Shown here: piece after piece, positions 9,868 through 19,040 of the stretch | Numbering within the stretch: the stretch's first letter is position 1 | Layout: every line of letters starts with the position of its first letter | Source: Armatimonadota bacterium | GTDB lineage: Bacteria > Armatimonadota > UBA5829 > DSUL01 | NCBI GenBank assembly: GCA_039811685.1 | Contig: JBDHZC010000001.1 | Coordinates: 256,001-320,000 of the forward strand | Direction: 5' to 3' | DNA length: 64,000 nucleotides | The notes under the pieces: model-generated | What the model saw: the letters and a program-made list of their open reading frames with translations, nothing else | Told to the model about the DNA's origin: nothing | Databases searched by the model: none | Position numbers and translations under genes: made by a program

Positions 9868-10665
9868 GTGAGTAAGCTTATTCTGGTAACAAACGATGAT
9901 GGGATCCACGCGGCAGGGATCCTGGAGTTGAAAAAGAGCCTGTCTGCGCTTGGAGACGTCGTGGTAGTGGCTCCAGACCGGGCGCGTAGCGCTTGCGGGC
10001 ACGGTATAACGCTGCACAAACCTCTCCGCGTCCACCGGGTTCGCCTGGCTGACAATGATCACGGATATTCAACCAGCGGGCTGCCAACGGACTGCGTTCA
10101 TATCGGGGTGATGGAGCTGTGTGATCGCAGGCCAGATCTTATCGTCTCCGGAATCAACCTTGGAGCGAACCTCGGATGGGAGCTGACGTATTCTGGCACT
10201 GTGGCGGGTGCTATGGAAGGGGCAGCTTTCGGAATCCCATCGTTTGCCATCTCAGTCACGACTTATGAGGATGGAGATGTTTTTGGGCTGGCCAGCAACT
10301 TTGCGCGCTTTACAGCTCAGCGGATTTTGTCAGAAGGTCTTCCAGATGGCGTTTTTCTCAATATCAACGTGCCCCCCGGCGACGGCGGCGACGTCACTGA
10401 GGTCGCCTTGACCCACCTGGGAATCCGGCGCTACCCAGGACGCGTGCAAACCCGCAAGGACCCTATGGGCCGCAGCTACTACTGGCTGGGAGGCGACGTC
10501 CCCACTGATGGCCTGGAGGAAGGAACAGACCTGCTGGCGGCCTCAGAGGGACAAATATCAGTGACACCCGTGCATCTTGATCTGACCGCCTATGCGTCAC
10601 TGGAGCGAATCAAGGGTTGGAGCCTGAAGACCTTCTCTGACCGGAAGGTTGCGCCTCAAAGCTGA
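9868..10665 (+). CDS. surE: 5'/3'-nucleotidase SurE
   Basis: 'ILVTNDDGI.A.G', 'SGINLGANLG' and 'YSGTVAGAMEG'. Confidence 0.95.
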   Translation: MSKLILVTNDDGIHAAGILELKKSLSALGDVVVVAPDRARSACGHGITLHKPLRVHRVRLADNDHGYSTSGLPTDCVHIGVMELCDRRPDLIVSGINLGANLGWELTYSGTVAGAMEGAAFGIPSFAISVTTYEDGDVFGLASNFARFTAQRILSEGLPDGVFLNINVPPGDGGDVTEVALTHLGIRRYPGRVQTRKDPMGRSYYWLGGDVPTDGLEEGTDLLAASEGQISVTPVHLDLTAYASLERIKGWSLKTFSDRKVAPQS

Positions 10666-10759
10666 TGCAACAACAGCAGACCGCCTGCAATCGGCCTATC
10701 GGAGCCCCGTACAATTACTGATTTTTGACCCAATCGCCCTTTTATTCGGGAATCGCCCG

Positions 10760-10788
10760 TTGACAGGGAGCCTGTGTGCGCTTATTAT
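10760..10788 (+). promoter_or_regulatory. Sigma70-type promoter upstream of the PEP-CTERM genes
   Basis: TTGACA-N17-TATTAT. Confidence 0.65.
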
Positions 10789-11011
10789 TGACATAGACTT
10801 CTGGTAATAGGTGCGGTGAAAGCTCGCCACTGGGAGTCTGCTGGTCAGTCCACCTTCAGGCATGCTCGTCAGGCCTGGGTTGCTGCAAAACCCGGGCGCG
10901 CACCGTGAATGGAGGATTTGAGACTGTGACCAGATTTTCAGGCCCAAGAAAGCCGACCCTTACGCGCGGTACGGCTTCACCGTGGCCTATCTGACGAAAA
11001 GGAGAAAAAAG

Positions 11012-11551
11012 ATGGGTGGTTTGACCCGACTTGCCTCGTTTGCCGGAGCACTGGCAGTTGCCGTGTGTTCGGTAGCCAGTGCGCAGAACTATCCCACCGT
11101 TACGCTCTCATCTTACAATCCTGTGACGTTTGAGTATCGGTATCTCGTCACTCAGACGTCTGACGCCACCTATCCGTTTGGCAAGTTTGTAATTGACACA
11201 CAGGCTCAGACCAGTTGGTCTCTTTCCGGCCCGTTTGTCAACCTGGTCGATCAGGACTGGTTTGCGAGCTACTACGCCAGGACTGCCAGCGCGGACAGTG
11301 TGTACTGGCTCGCGACGTCCGACGATCAGGAAGTTCCAGACCACCAGGCCTGGCAGGGTGAGTTTGTTCTTGTAGCCCCGAACACTTCGCCTGTGCCAGG
11401 TAGCGTCCTCACCAAGGACGGAGTGGTTGGTTCCAACCATGTCTCCCAGGTGGATGTCCCCGGACCAGTGGTGCCGGAACCGGCCAGTCTGCTGGCTCTG
11501 GGTGGCGCGATGCTTGGATTGCCATTCATGCGACCAAGAAGGCGTTCTTAG
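11012..11551 (+). CDS. PEP-CTERM sorting-domain protein 1
   Basis: Signal peptide; C-terminal VPEPASLLALGG, hydrophobic helix and RPRRRS; AGGAG RBS. Confidence 0.9.
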   Translation: MGGLTRLASFAGALAVAVCSVASAQNYPTVTLSSYNPVTFEYRYLVTQTSDATYPFGKFVIDTQAQTSWSLSGPFVNLVDQDWFASYYARTASADSVYWLATSDDQEVPDHQAWQGEFVLVAPNTSPVPGSVLTKDGVVGSNHVSQVDVPGPVVPEPASLLALGGAMLGLPFMRPRRRS

Positions 11552-11687
11552 GTAGAGCGCCAGTCTATTCGAAGGAGAAGGTAACCGATCCGGTGCGCTA
11601 GTGACGTCCTGAGTGCAGAGTTCAGTCTGTCTTGTAAGACGTGCACCAGAGACTCTGCCGCCGGAATCGAGAGGAAAGGTTCAAACT

Positions 11688-12251
11688 ATGAGAAGGTTTT
11701 TGATTTCCGTTGCCGCTGTTGGCGCCGCTACCGTGGCCCTGTGCGCTGCGTCTGTGGCGCGTGCTGATGTATTTCCTACGGTTGCATTTTCATTTGATGT
11801 GAATACGTTTACCTACACGTACACAGTCACGCAGCCGACAAACGCAACCTGGAAGTTTGGGTATCTGCAGATTGATACCGGTGTGAAGAATCAAGCTCCG
11901 ACCGGGCCGTGGCAGATTAGTGGTCCGTTTGTGAACAGCGTCGAGTTGCCGTGGCTCAAGGGCTCCAAATCTCTCACGCCGACTGCCGCATTTGCTTATT
12001 GGCAGGCGCCGACACCCAACGACGAGATCGACAACAATCTGCCTGACCCGTGGGTTGGGGTTTTCAAGCTCGTCGTTCCCAATAGCCAGCCAGTCTCTGG
12101 CTACTCGCTGACGATGGATGGGGCAGACGACAGCCACAACATCACCGTTATCGACGTTCCCGGACCGGCTGTTGTGCCAGAGCCTTCATCGCTCATTGCA
12201 TTGGGCTCTGCGGTGTGCTCAGGTCTGATGGTGATTCGTCGGAAGAAGTAG
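11688..12251 (+). CDS. PEP-CTERM sorting-domain protein 2 (paralog of protein 1)
   Basis: Signal peptide; VPEPSSLIALG...IRRKK; shares 'PTV', 'TF.Y.Y.VTQ', 'SGPFVN' and 'DVPGP' with protein 1. Confidence 0.9.
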   Translation: MRRFLISVAAVGAATVALCAASVARADVFPTVAFSFDVNTFTYTYTVTQPTNATWKFGYLQIDTGVKNQAPTGPWQISGPFVNSVELPWLKGSKSLTPTAAFAYWQAPTPNDEIDNNLPDPWVGVFKLVVPNSQPVSGYSLTMDGADDSHNITVIDVPGPAVVPEPSSLIALGSAVCSGLMVIRRKK

Positions 12252-12379
12252 TCTCTTCGCAACCAGTCCAGTGTGCGCGGGCCGTGAGCTGAAATGCTCG
12301 CGGCCTTGTGCGCTTTTGAGCCCAACATGCAGCCCAGTTCAGCGCGAGTGGATGAGATGAAGCAGATAGTGGCGCGGTT

Positions 12380-14962
12380 ATGCTCAGGGTCCTCGACTTG
12401 CTGAGCTGTCATCGCGGCAGGCGGGCTCTGTGGCTATTTCTCGTCCTGGTTATCGCCTGTCCGGCAGTCTGTCTGGCGGGAGGTGGACGTCGAAACGTCG
12501 TCGTCGTCGCTAACAGCGGAAACTTGTCCTCAGTCTCTCTTGCTGACTACTATCGCGCTCAGCGAAATCTTCCGCAGAATCATCTGATTTTCATCAACTG
12601 TCCGTCCGATGAGGTTGTTAACTGGGAAACCTTTGACGCCAGAGTGCGTCGGCCGATCCGAGATGCCATTGTGGCTCTGGAGCGCGCGGGAAGGCAGATT
12701 GACTATATCGTGTTGACACGCGGCACCCCGCTTATGGCGACGCGTGGATCTGCAGTCTTTTCAGTCACAAGTGTGCTGACGTGTCTTTCAGAGCCCGACA
12801 TCGACGACCTGACTGTGAACCCGTACGGCCCGACCACCGCGCAGATTGGGGGCTTTGGCGGGACAGCAACGGTTGCGTCATTCTCTCATTCGCTGAACCT
12901 CTTTGGAAGACATCTCTATTTGGTGAGCCGGCTGGACGGTTACTCGGACGACCTTGTCAGGAGAATGATTGATGATACCACCATCGCAAAACCGGGTGGC
13001 GCATTTCTAATTGACCGTCGCCCCGGTTTGCAGTATCTCTACAAGGTGATGGATGACAGGCTGGGACTGGCTGCCAGCCTTTTGCGATCCCGAGGCACTC
13101 CTGTAATAGAAGAAAATACCTCTGCCTTTGCCACTGCCGGCACGGACCTTGCCGGGTATTTCAGCTGGGGCAGCAACGATCCGGCCTTCTCTCGCTCACT
13201 CTATCTTTCTTACCGCTTTCGACCGGGGAGTATCGCAGACACTTATGTTTCGACAAGTGGCAGAACGTTTATGCCTGGCACCGCGGGCGGTCAGTCACTC
13301 CTAGCCGATCTTTTGCCAGGGGGTCTGAGCGCAGGAGGCGCCTACGTCGCTGAGCCTTACGCCGCGCTGGCCGACTATCCTGATGTAATCTGTGATCGTT
13401 ACACGCTCGGGTACAACGCAGTAGAAAGTCTCTACGCCGCGTGTCCCGAAGTGTTCTGGCGTCAAGTTACTATAGGCGATCCGCTTCTTGCCCCTTATTC
13501 GACGCCTCCACAGGTTCAACTGTCTGTCCGTGACGGCGCCCAGTTTACGAATGCCATCAGCGTGACAGCAACTGCTGTTGACGCGCAAGGCGTCCAGAGA
13601 GTTGAGTTCTATCTGGATGACAAGCTGGTCTCCACCTCTTATCGTGCGCCGTTTTCCGCCGACGTTGACGCTCGATCCTTCTCGCGCGGGCAACATCGTC
13701 TCGAAGCGATAGCCTACGAAGCGGGCCCGGTTGCCACCCAGGGCAGCGCGGCAGTCTCCGTCAATCTCGTATCATCATCTGCGGCGCTTCTCTCGGCGCC
13801 GTCTCAGGCTTTTGGGATGCCGGACGGATCCAATGTGGTCATCAGTCCGGCCGTAGTCACCCTCCGAAGCGGTGCAGACACCTACTGGATAACCGCCTTC
13901 GATGGCTCCAGCGGAATAGAGGTACTTGGCAACGCACCACTTCAGGCTGGTGATTTTGTCATCATTCAGGGGCAAATCACTTCTCGCAACGGCCACCGAG
14001 CCATTGTTCAACAGTCCTGGCAGAAGCTTGGGACAACGATACCGGCGGAAGCAGTCTCGATCAGCGCTTCGTATCTGGGTGGAGTCAGTCCATCCATGCC
14101 GCAGACTCCTTCGGCGGGTGCGCGCGGAGCCTACAACGTTGGTCGAAGTGTACAGGTGTCGGGTTTTGTGGAGTCCGTAGACGCTGTTGCTGGACAGATA
14201 ATCCTCAGTACGCCTTCCGGTTCAGTCCGTGTACAGGTAGTTGATCACAGTGTGCAGGAGAGTTCTCCACCGGCCGAAAGCAGCTACGTGCGCGTGCGTG
14301 GAGTCTGTTCCACAGTCCTGGCCTCATCAGCCGTGAAACCGATCGTGATCGCTGCATCGTGGAGCTCGGTGACTGCTGTGGCGCCGCAGCTATGGCCTTT
14401 GCAGATCGTTAGAGGGTCGACAGCCATTGGGCTTCCTCTTGATCCGGCTGTCTCCGCGCCTGAGATACTTTTTAAGCCTGGACCAGGTGTCAGAGGCTCA
14501 ATCCCGCTCAATGACAACTTGTACTGGTGGTCTGAGGACTATGGAACGTGGATTCCGTTTATGGATCTGACATATCCTGGTGATTTTGCTGATCCGTCGG
14601 CCGGGAGCTCTTACTGGCTCGGTTCTGCTGTCAGCTTTGTGTGCCCGCTGGTCGGTTTTGACCCAACAGGGTACACCCCTGCGTGGACTGGTCTGGGCCG
14701 ATCTGGCGCCACTGTAGCGGCATTCAGAGGGTTGAGATCGTCTGTGTGGAATCAGATGCAGGTCAGCGATGGAATCATCCAGATCAGTATCTCCTCAGCG
14801 ATTCAGAAGGGCTGGCTGGAGCAGACCGGGTACATTTGGGATTCCTCCAGTCAGGTGATGACAGCCTTCAATCTCAACGGCTCAGGCCTCGTCAAGCCTG
14901 GTGTGGCGTATTTCCTCACATCACGCCGAGCTAATCTGGCCTTGATAGCGCCCCTTCCTTAG
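12380..14962 (+). CDS. TIGR03790-type secreted protein with Ig-like domain and C-terminal extra modules
   Basis: N-terminal 'VVVVAN..S..LADYY...R', 'YLVSRLDG', 'GYFSWGSND', 'F.PGSIADTYVSTSGRTF', 'GQSL.ADL', 'YV.EP' and 'IGDPL..PY'; Ig-like 'GVQRVEFYLD'. Confidence 0.75.
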   Translation: MLRVLDLLSCHRGRRALWLFLVLVIACPAVCLAGGGRRNVVVVANSGNLSSVSLADYYRAQRNLPQNHLIFINCPSDEVVNWETFDARVRRPIRDAIVALERAGRQIDYIVLTRGTPLMATRGSAVFSVTSVLTCLSEPDIDDLTVNPYGPTTAQIGGFGGTATVASFSHSLNLFGRHLYLVSRLDGYSDDLVRRMIDDTTIAKPGGAFLIDRRPGLQYLYKVMDDRLGLAASLLRSRGTPVIEENTSAFATAGTDLAGYFSWGSNDPAFSRSLYLSYRFRPGSIADTYVSTSGRTFMPGTAGGQSLLADLLPGGLSAGGAYVAEPYAALADYPDVICDRYTLGYNAVESLYAACPEVFWRQVTIGDPLLAPYSTPPQVQLSVRDGAQFTNAISVTATAVDAQGVQRVEFYLDDKLVSTSYRAPFSADVDARSFSRGQHRLEAIAYEAGPVATQGSAAVSVNLVSSSAALLSAPSQAFGMPDGSNVVISPAVVTLRSGADTYWITAFDGSSGIEVLGNAPLQAGDFVIIQGQITSRNGHRAIVQQSWQKLGTTIPAEAVSISASYLGGVSPSMPQTPSAGARGAYNVGRSVQVSGFVESVDAVAGQIILSTPSGSVRVQVVDHSVQESSPPAESSYVRVRGVCSTVLASSAVKPIVIAASWSSVTAVAPQLWPLQIVRGSTAIGLPLDPAVSAPEILFKPGPGVRGSIPLNDNLYWWSEDYGTWIPFMDLTYPGDFADPSAGSSYWLGSAVSFVCPLVGFDPTGYTPAWTGLGRSGATVAAFRGLRSSVWNQMQVSDGIIQISISSAIQKGWLEQTGYIWDSSSQVMTAFNLNGSGLVKPGVAYFLTSRRANLALIAPLP

Positions 14963-15115
14963 CTCACAAAGTTCTGAGCGGTGTGGTTCTCGCCATTCGC
15001 ATCCACTTTCGGCAGAAGCAGGAGATTCTCTGTCACAAATTCAAGAAATAAAAGATTGCGCATTATTGCACAAATGCCCTATAATACATGTAACGTTTTC
15101 CTCAGAGGTGAGGCT

Positions 15116-15400
15116 ATGAGTAACATTGATGGAATCGTTCTGGATGTAAAGCCCAGGAACTCCGATGCTGGATGCAGGCAGACTTTGGTTGTCTACCTCG
15201 AAAATCTCTCGCATCATCTCACTCGCGTGCTGGTCAGCGAGAGCTACTTTCAAGATATTGCCAGACTCAAGCATGACGATCGTGTCCATATGACAGTTGG
15301 ACCTCGCATAGGTGACGAGGAAGAGGACACGCGAGCGCTGCTGGGGCCGATTGAGAAAGTGAGCCCGCTGCACCGCTTACTGTGCCACCATACCTGGTGA
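15116..15400 (+). CDS. Hypothetical protein (94 aa)
   Basis: GAGGTGA RBS and a TTGCGC-N18-TATAAT promoter (15056-15085) upstream. Confidence 0.55.
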   Translation: MSNIDGIVLDVKPRNSDAGCRQTLVVYLENLSHHLTRVLVSESYFQDIARLKHDDRVHMTVGPRIGDEEEDTRALLGPIEKVSPLHRLLCHHTW

Positions 15401-15521
15401 TCGGGCAAACCGCACGTCCGGTAGATTGAACAGGATATTGAAGCGTAGTCAGCTGATGCCAGCGGATTGGCGTCTGCTCGAGTGGGTAAAAGCGTTTTCG
15501 AGTTAGCTGCGGATGCGTATG

Positions 15522-18500
15522 TCAGCGCGCTATCGAGTGTGTCTTTGGCTCTGAGAGGCTGAAGACCTTCTCAACAGCGGCCTCTCTGGAGAGTGTCTGC
15601 GGCACTCTCATTATGCGATCAGCGAGTAGCGCTCTCCCCAGATTGCGCTTTTGAAGCGTTCCTTCTACGATTACCACTGGTTCCGAAAACGCCAGATAGC
15701 CGCTGGAGCGATAAATATCCTCAAAGCATGTGACATCTATGAGGCCAAACTCATCTTCCAGGCAGAAAAACAGCACTCGTGTGCCAGATTTCGTGGGCGG
15801 TGTGTGAGGGCAGATCGTCAACCCGCCAACTCGAACCTTTTGCCCTCCGGGAATCCACGCCAGATCCGCCGTTGTCAACAGTCCATAAGAGTCTAATTTT
15901 GGACGCAATAGTGAGACAAGGTGGCAGTTTGGATTTAGCCCGAGGACGCTGTACTCCATGCTTAGTCTCTCCGCTTCTGTGAAGTCCGGAAAAGCTTCCA
16001 CTGTGCCTTGCCCGGGCAATATGCTGTCAGGTTCAATATCCAGTAAACGGAGAGTTTCCTTTCTCTGCGCCAGCTTCGAAATCGCTTCCGACTGCCATAA
16101 TAATGCCCGCCGATGAGGGTGCAGACTGTCAAACGCACCTGCAATAATCAGCGCCTCAAGTTCATTCATTGCCGGATGGCAGCGCTCACAAAAATCTCGA
16201 ATATCGTTAAATGGCGCTTCGGAGTGAATCCTGCGTCCAAGCGTATCTGACAGCCCACGCGCCTGCCGAAAGCCAATTCGTATAGCGTCGTCTGTGGATG
16301 TAGCCAGGTAGTGGCTTTCGTTAATATCCAGCGGAAGAATTAATATTCCTCGGTTTCGCGCCTGTGAAACGATGGTGTTCGGCGGGTAAAATCCCATCGG
16401 CTGATTGTTCAGAAGCCCTGCCAGATAGTGCGCCGGATGGTGGTTTAGCAGGTAGGCGCTTTTGTAGGCAATCTCGCCAAAGGCTCGCGCATGTCCTTCC
16501 GCAAAGCCGTACCCCGCAAATCCCGCAACGCACTTAAAGACTTTTTCTGCTGTATCCCGTTCAACACCGTTCGCCAGAGCTTTCCTGATAAAGTTGCCTC
16601 GCAACTCCTCCATCGCCTTCTTTGAGCGCGCATGCGTGATCATTTTTCGCAGGATGTCCGCCTCTCCCGGGGTCAGCTTTGCCGCCGCGCAAGCCACTTC
16701 AATAACCTGCTCCTGGAAAATAATTACTCCGAATGTGTGCTTCAAGGGTTCTTCAAGCGCCGGATGCATATACTCAACAGGTTCCAATCCCAGCTTCCTG
16801 CGGATATACGTATCTACCATACCGCCCATTCCCGGCCCAGGACGAATCAGTGCGATGCTGTCAATGATATCCTTCATAGAGTCTGTCTTGACCCGGACAT
16901 GAAGCGCGCGCTGGGCTGGACTCTGCAGCTCAAATGCGCCAACAGCCTGTCCTGAGCGTATCATCTCGAAGGTCGTGGGGTCGTTGTGTGGAATGCTTTC
17001 AAAGCGACAGACTGGCTTTGCCTGATCTACCGCTTCCAGAATCGGCAGCGATAGCAGATCCATCTTCAGGCCCACATATTCGATGTCGTCTTTGTCGAAA
17101 TGAGCGATTCGCGCAATGCCTTTGGCTGTTGGCTGTAGGGGTGTATAGTTAAGTATAGGATGTGTGGTAATAACTATACCGCATAAGTGTGTGGAAATCA
17201 TTCTGGGCAAGCCTGCCACTCGTGCGCACATCGCGAAGAGATGTTCATAGCGCTTGGCTGATGTCCTCTGCCGGGCAGCTTGTGGCTGCTTTTCCATCTG
17301 CTCGGCTATCTCATCGGCATTGGTCGAGCGGAGGCGCCTGGCAAGTAGTCCGATTTCGTCCTCCGGCAACTCCATAGCTTTGCCAATTTCCCGGAGCGCC
17401 GAGCGCGCGCGAAACGTGGAGAATGTACACACCGCGCCGACATGGTCCACTCCGTAGCGTTCCTGAACCCAGGTGACAAGTTCGTCGCGCTGTTCGCGGG
17501 GGAAATCAATATCAATGTCCGGCATTTGTGAGCGCTCCAGAGACATAAAGCGCTCGAAGCGAAGATTGGCGCCAATGGGATCGATGTCTGATATACCCAG
17601 ACAGTGGCCGACGGCGCAGTCCACTACAGATCCGCGCCCGGATGTGCGGATGCCGCGCAGCTTCGCCTCACGCACAATATCCCAGACTACCAGAAAGTAA
17701 CTCTCACAGCGCAGGCGTCCGATAATCCGCAGCTCATGGTTAAGACGGGCTTCAATGACAGGTGTCAACTTTCCATAGCGCTGGCGGGCGCCCTGGTAGG
17801 TGAGTTTGCGCAAAAACTGAGCGGGTGTCCCTTCACAGATTGCCGGCGTTGGAATGTCCGGACGTGCCATATCCAGTACATTGTCATCGCACGTAGCGGC
17901 AATGCGGTCAGTGTTGGTCAGAGCATCCAGGCGGGTACGGAAGCGGTTGTAGAAAAGTTGCGGCGGCAGGAGAAATTGTTCGGCGTTCAAGGGGCGCAAA
18001 GGGTGTGGTTCGTCGACTTTTGTGAGGGTGCGACAGCAGGTCAGAATGTCATGGGTTGGCAGATCGTCACGGTCAAGGTAGTGGACGTTGTTGGTAGCCG
18101 CAACAGGTATCTTCAATTCATCCGCCAGTGCGCATAAATCGGAGAGCAGCCGCCTTTCATGCGGCAGGAACAGGCGCTGGAGTTCAATGAAAAATCTGTC
18201 TCCAAAGATACGGCGATATTCCAGGGCTGTCTGTCGCGCCTCGATCCGGCGGCCTTCCAGAAGCAGGCGAGAGATCTCCCCTTTGCGGCAGCCAGATAAA
18301 GCGATGAGGCCTTGCGAATGTTCGAACAGTCTCTCAGCAGGCGTCGCGGGAGTGCGCCGGCCACCGTATTCATAACCCAGTGTAATCAGCCGGCAGAGAT
18401 TCTGGTATCCGTGGGACGTAGCGGCCAGTAAGGTTATATGGTTGGGGCCAGCCTGTTCATTTGCGCGCGACTGCAGGCTCAACTCCGCGCCCAGAATCGG

Positions 18501-18677
18501 CTTAATGCCAGCCTCACGCGCGGCTTTGACGAAGCGTATTGCCCCGCATAGATTGTCGTGATCCGTGAGGGCGATGGCCTCATAGCCGTATTCGCCTGCG
18601 CGTTTGACGATAGCTTCCGGGTAGGAGCAGCCATCCAGAAAAGAAAAGGCGCTATGGACGTGGAGATGGACGGACAT
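15522..18677 (-). CDS. dnaE2: Error-prone DNA polymerase III alpha (DnaE2/ImuC)
   Basis: PHP 'HLHVHSAFSFLDG', 'GRGS', catalytic 'PDIDIDF', 'LLNNQPMGFYPP' and 'PPTKSG'; short C-terminus; follows an ImuB-like gene. Confidence 0.9.
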   Translation of the reverse strand: MSVHLHVHSAFSFLDGCSYPEAIVKRAGEYGYEAIALTDHDNLCGAIRFVKAAREAGIKPILGAELSLQSRANEQAGPNHITLLAATSHGYQNLCRLITLGYEYGGRRTPATPAERLFEHSQGLIALSGCRKGEISRLLLEGRRIEARQTALEYRRIFGDRFFIELQRLFLPHERRLLSDLCALADELKIPVAATNNVHYLDRDDLPTHDILTCCRTLTKVDEPHPLRPLNAEQFLLPPQLFYNRFRTRLDALTNTDRIAATCDDNVLDMARPDIPTPAICEGTPAQFLRKLTYQGARQRYGKLTPVIEARLNHELRIIGRLRCESYFLVVWDIVREAKLRGIRTSGRGSVVDCAVGHCLGISDIDPIGANLRFERFMSLERSQMPDIDIDFPREQRDELVTWVQERYGVDHVGAVCTFSTFRARSALREIGKAMELPEDEIGLLARRLRSTNADEIAEQMEKQPQAARQRTSAKRYEHLFAMCARVAGLPRMISTHLCGIVITTHPILNYTPLQPTAKGIARIAHFDKDDIEYVGLKMDLLSLPILEAVDQAKPVCRFESIPHNDPTTFEMIRSGQAVGAFELQSPAQRALHVRVKTDSMKDIIDSIALIRPGPGMGGMVDTYIRRKLGLEPVEYMHPALEEPLKHTFGVIIFQEQVIEVACAAAKLTPGEADILRKMITHARSKKAMEELRGNFIRKALANGVERDTAEKVFKCVAGFAGYGFAEGHARAFGEIAYKSAYLLNHHPAHYLAGLLNNQPMGFYPPNTIVSQARNRGILILPLDINESHYLATSTDDAIRIGFRQARGLSDTLGRRIHSEAPFNDIRDFCERCHPAMNELEALIIAGAFDSLHPHRRALLWQSEAISKLAQRKETLRLLDIEPDSILPGQGTVEAFPDFTEAERLSMEYSVLGLNPNCHLVSLLRPKLDSYGLLTTADLAWIPGGQKVRVGGLTICPHTPPTKSGTRVLFFCLEDEFGLIDVTCFEDIYRSSGYLAFSEPVVIVEGTLQKRNLGRALLADRIMRVPQTLSREAAVEKVFSLSEPKTHSIAR

Positions 18678-18692
18678 ATAGTGAAAAGCGCT

Positions 18693-19016
18693 TTAGTCTT
18701 CCACTCCATACAAAACCCAATGTCCTGGGCCTGTACGGTTGAGCTGGCTATCAAGCAGAAGGCGCATGCTGTTGTCCTCCTTCTCGCTGTTAGTGGTAAA
18801 GAGCGTCTCGTAGAGGCAGTGGAGCTCGAATGTTTTACCAGCGCTGTCTAAAACGCGGTAAACTTCCCGCTCAGGCTCGCGATCCCACCAGCAGCCAGAC
18901 TCCTTCCAGCGCTCGATAATGCGCTGAACACTGTAAGAGTGTCCGCGCCACATAAACTCACAAGGCGTTCCGTTGGCGGACGTGTGAACGTCGATTTTCT
19001 GTAGAACGTAGCGCAT
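18693..19016 (-). CDS. Small ImuB-C-like protein (DUF6504-like)
   Basis: 'P..F.WRG..Y.V..I.ERW...G.WW......YRV' and terminal 'WVLYGVED'; lies between the imuB-like gene and dnaE2. Confidence 0.75.
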   Translation of the reverse strand: MRYVLQKIDVHTSANGTPCEFMWRGHSYSVQRIIERWKESGCWWDREPEREVYRVLDSAGKTFELHCLYETLFTTNSEKEDNSMRLLLDSQLNRTGPGHWVLYGVED

Positions 19017-19040
19017 ATCTTCGAAAGGCTCCTGGATGTG

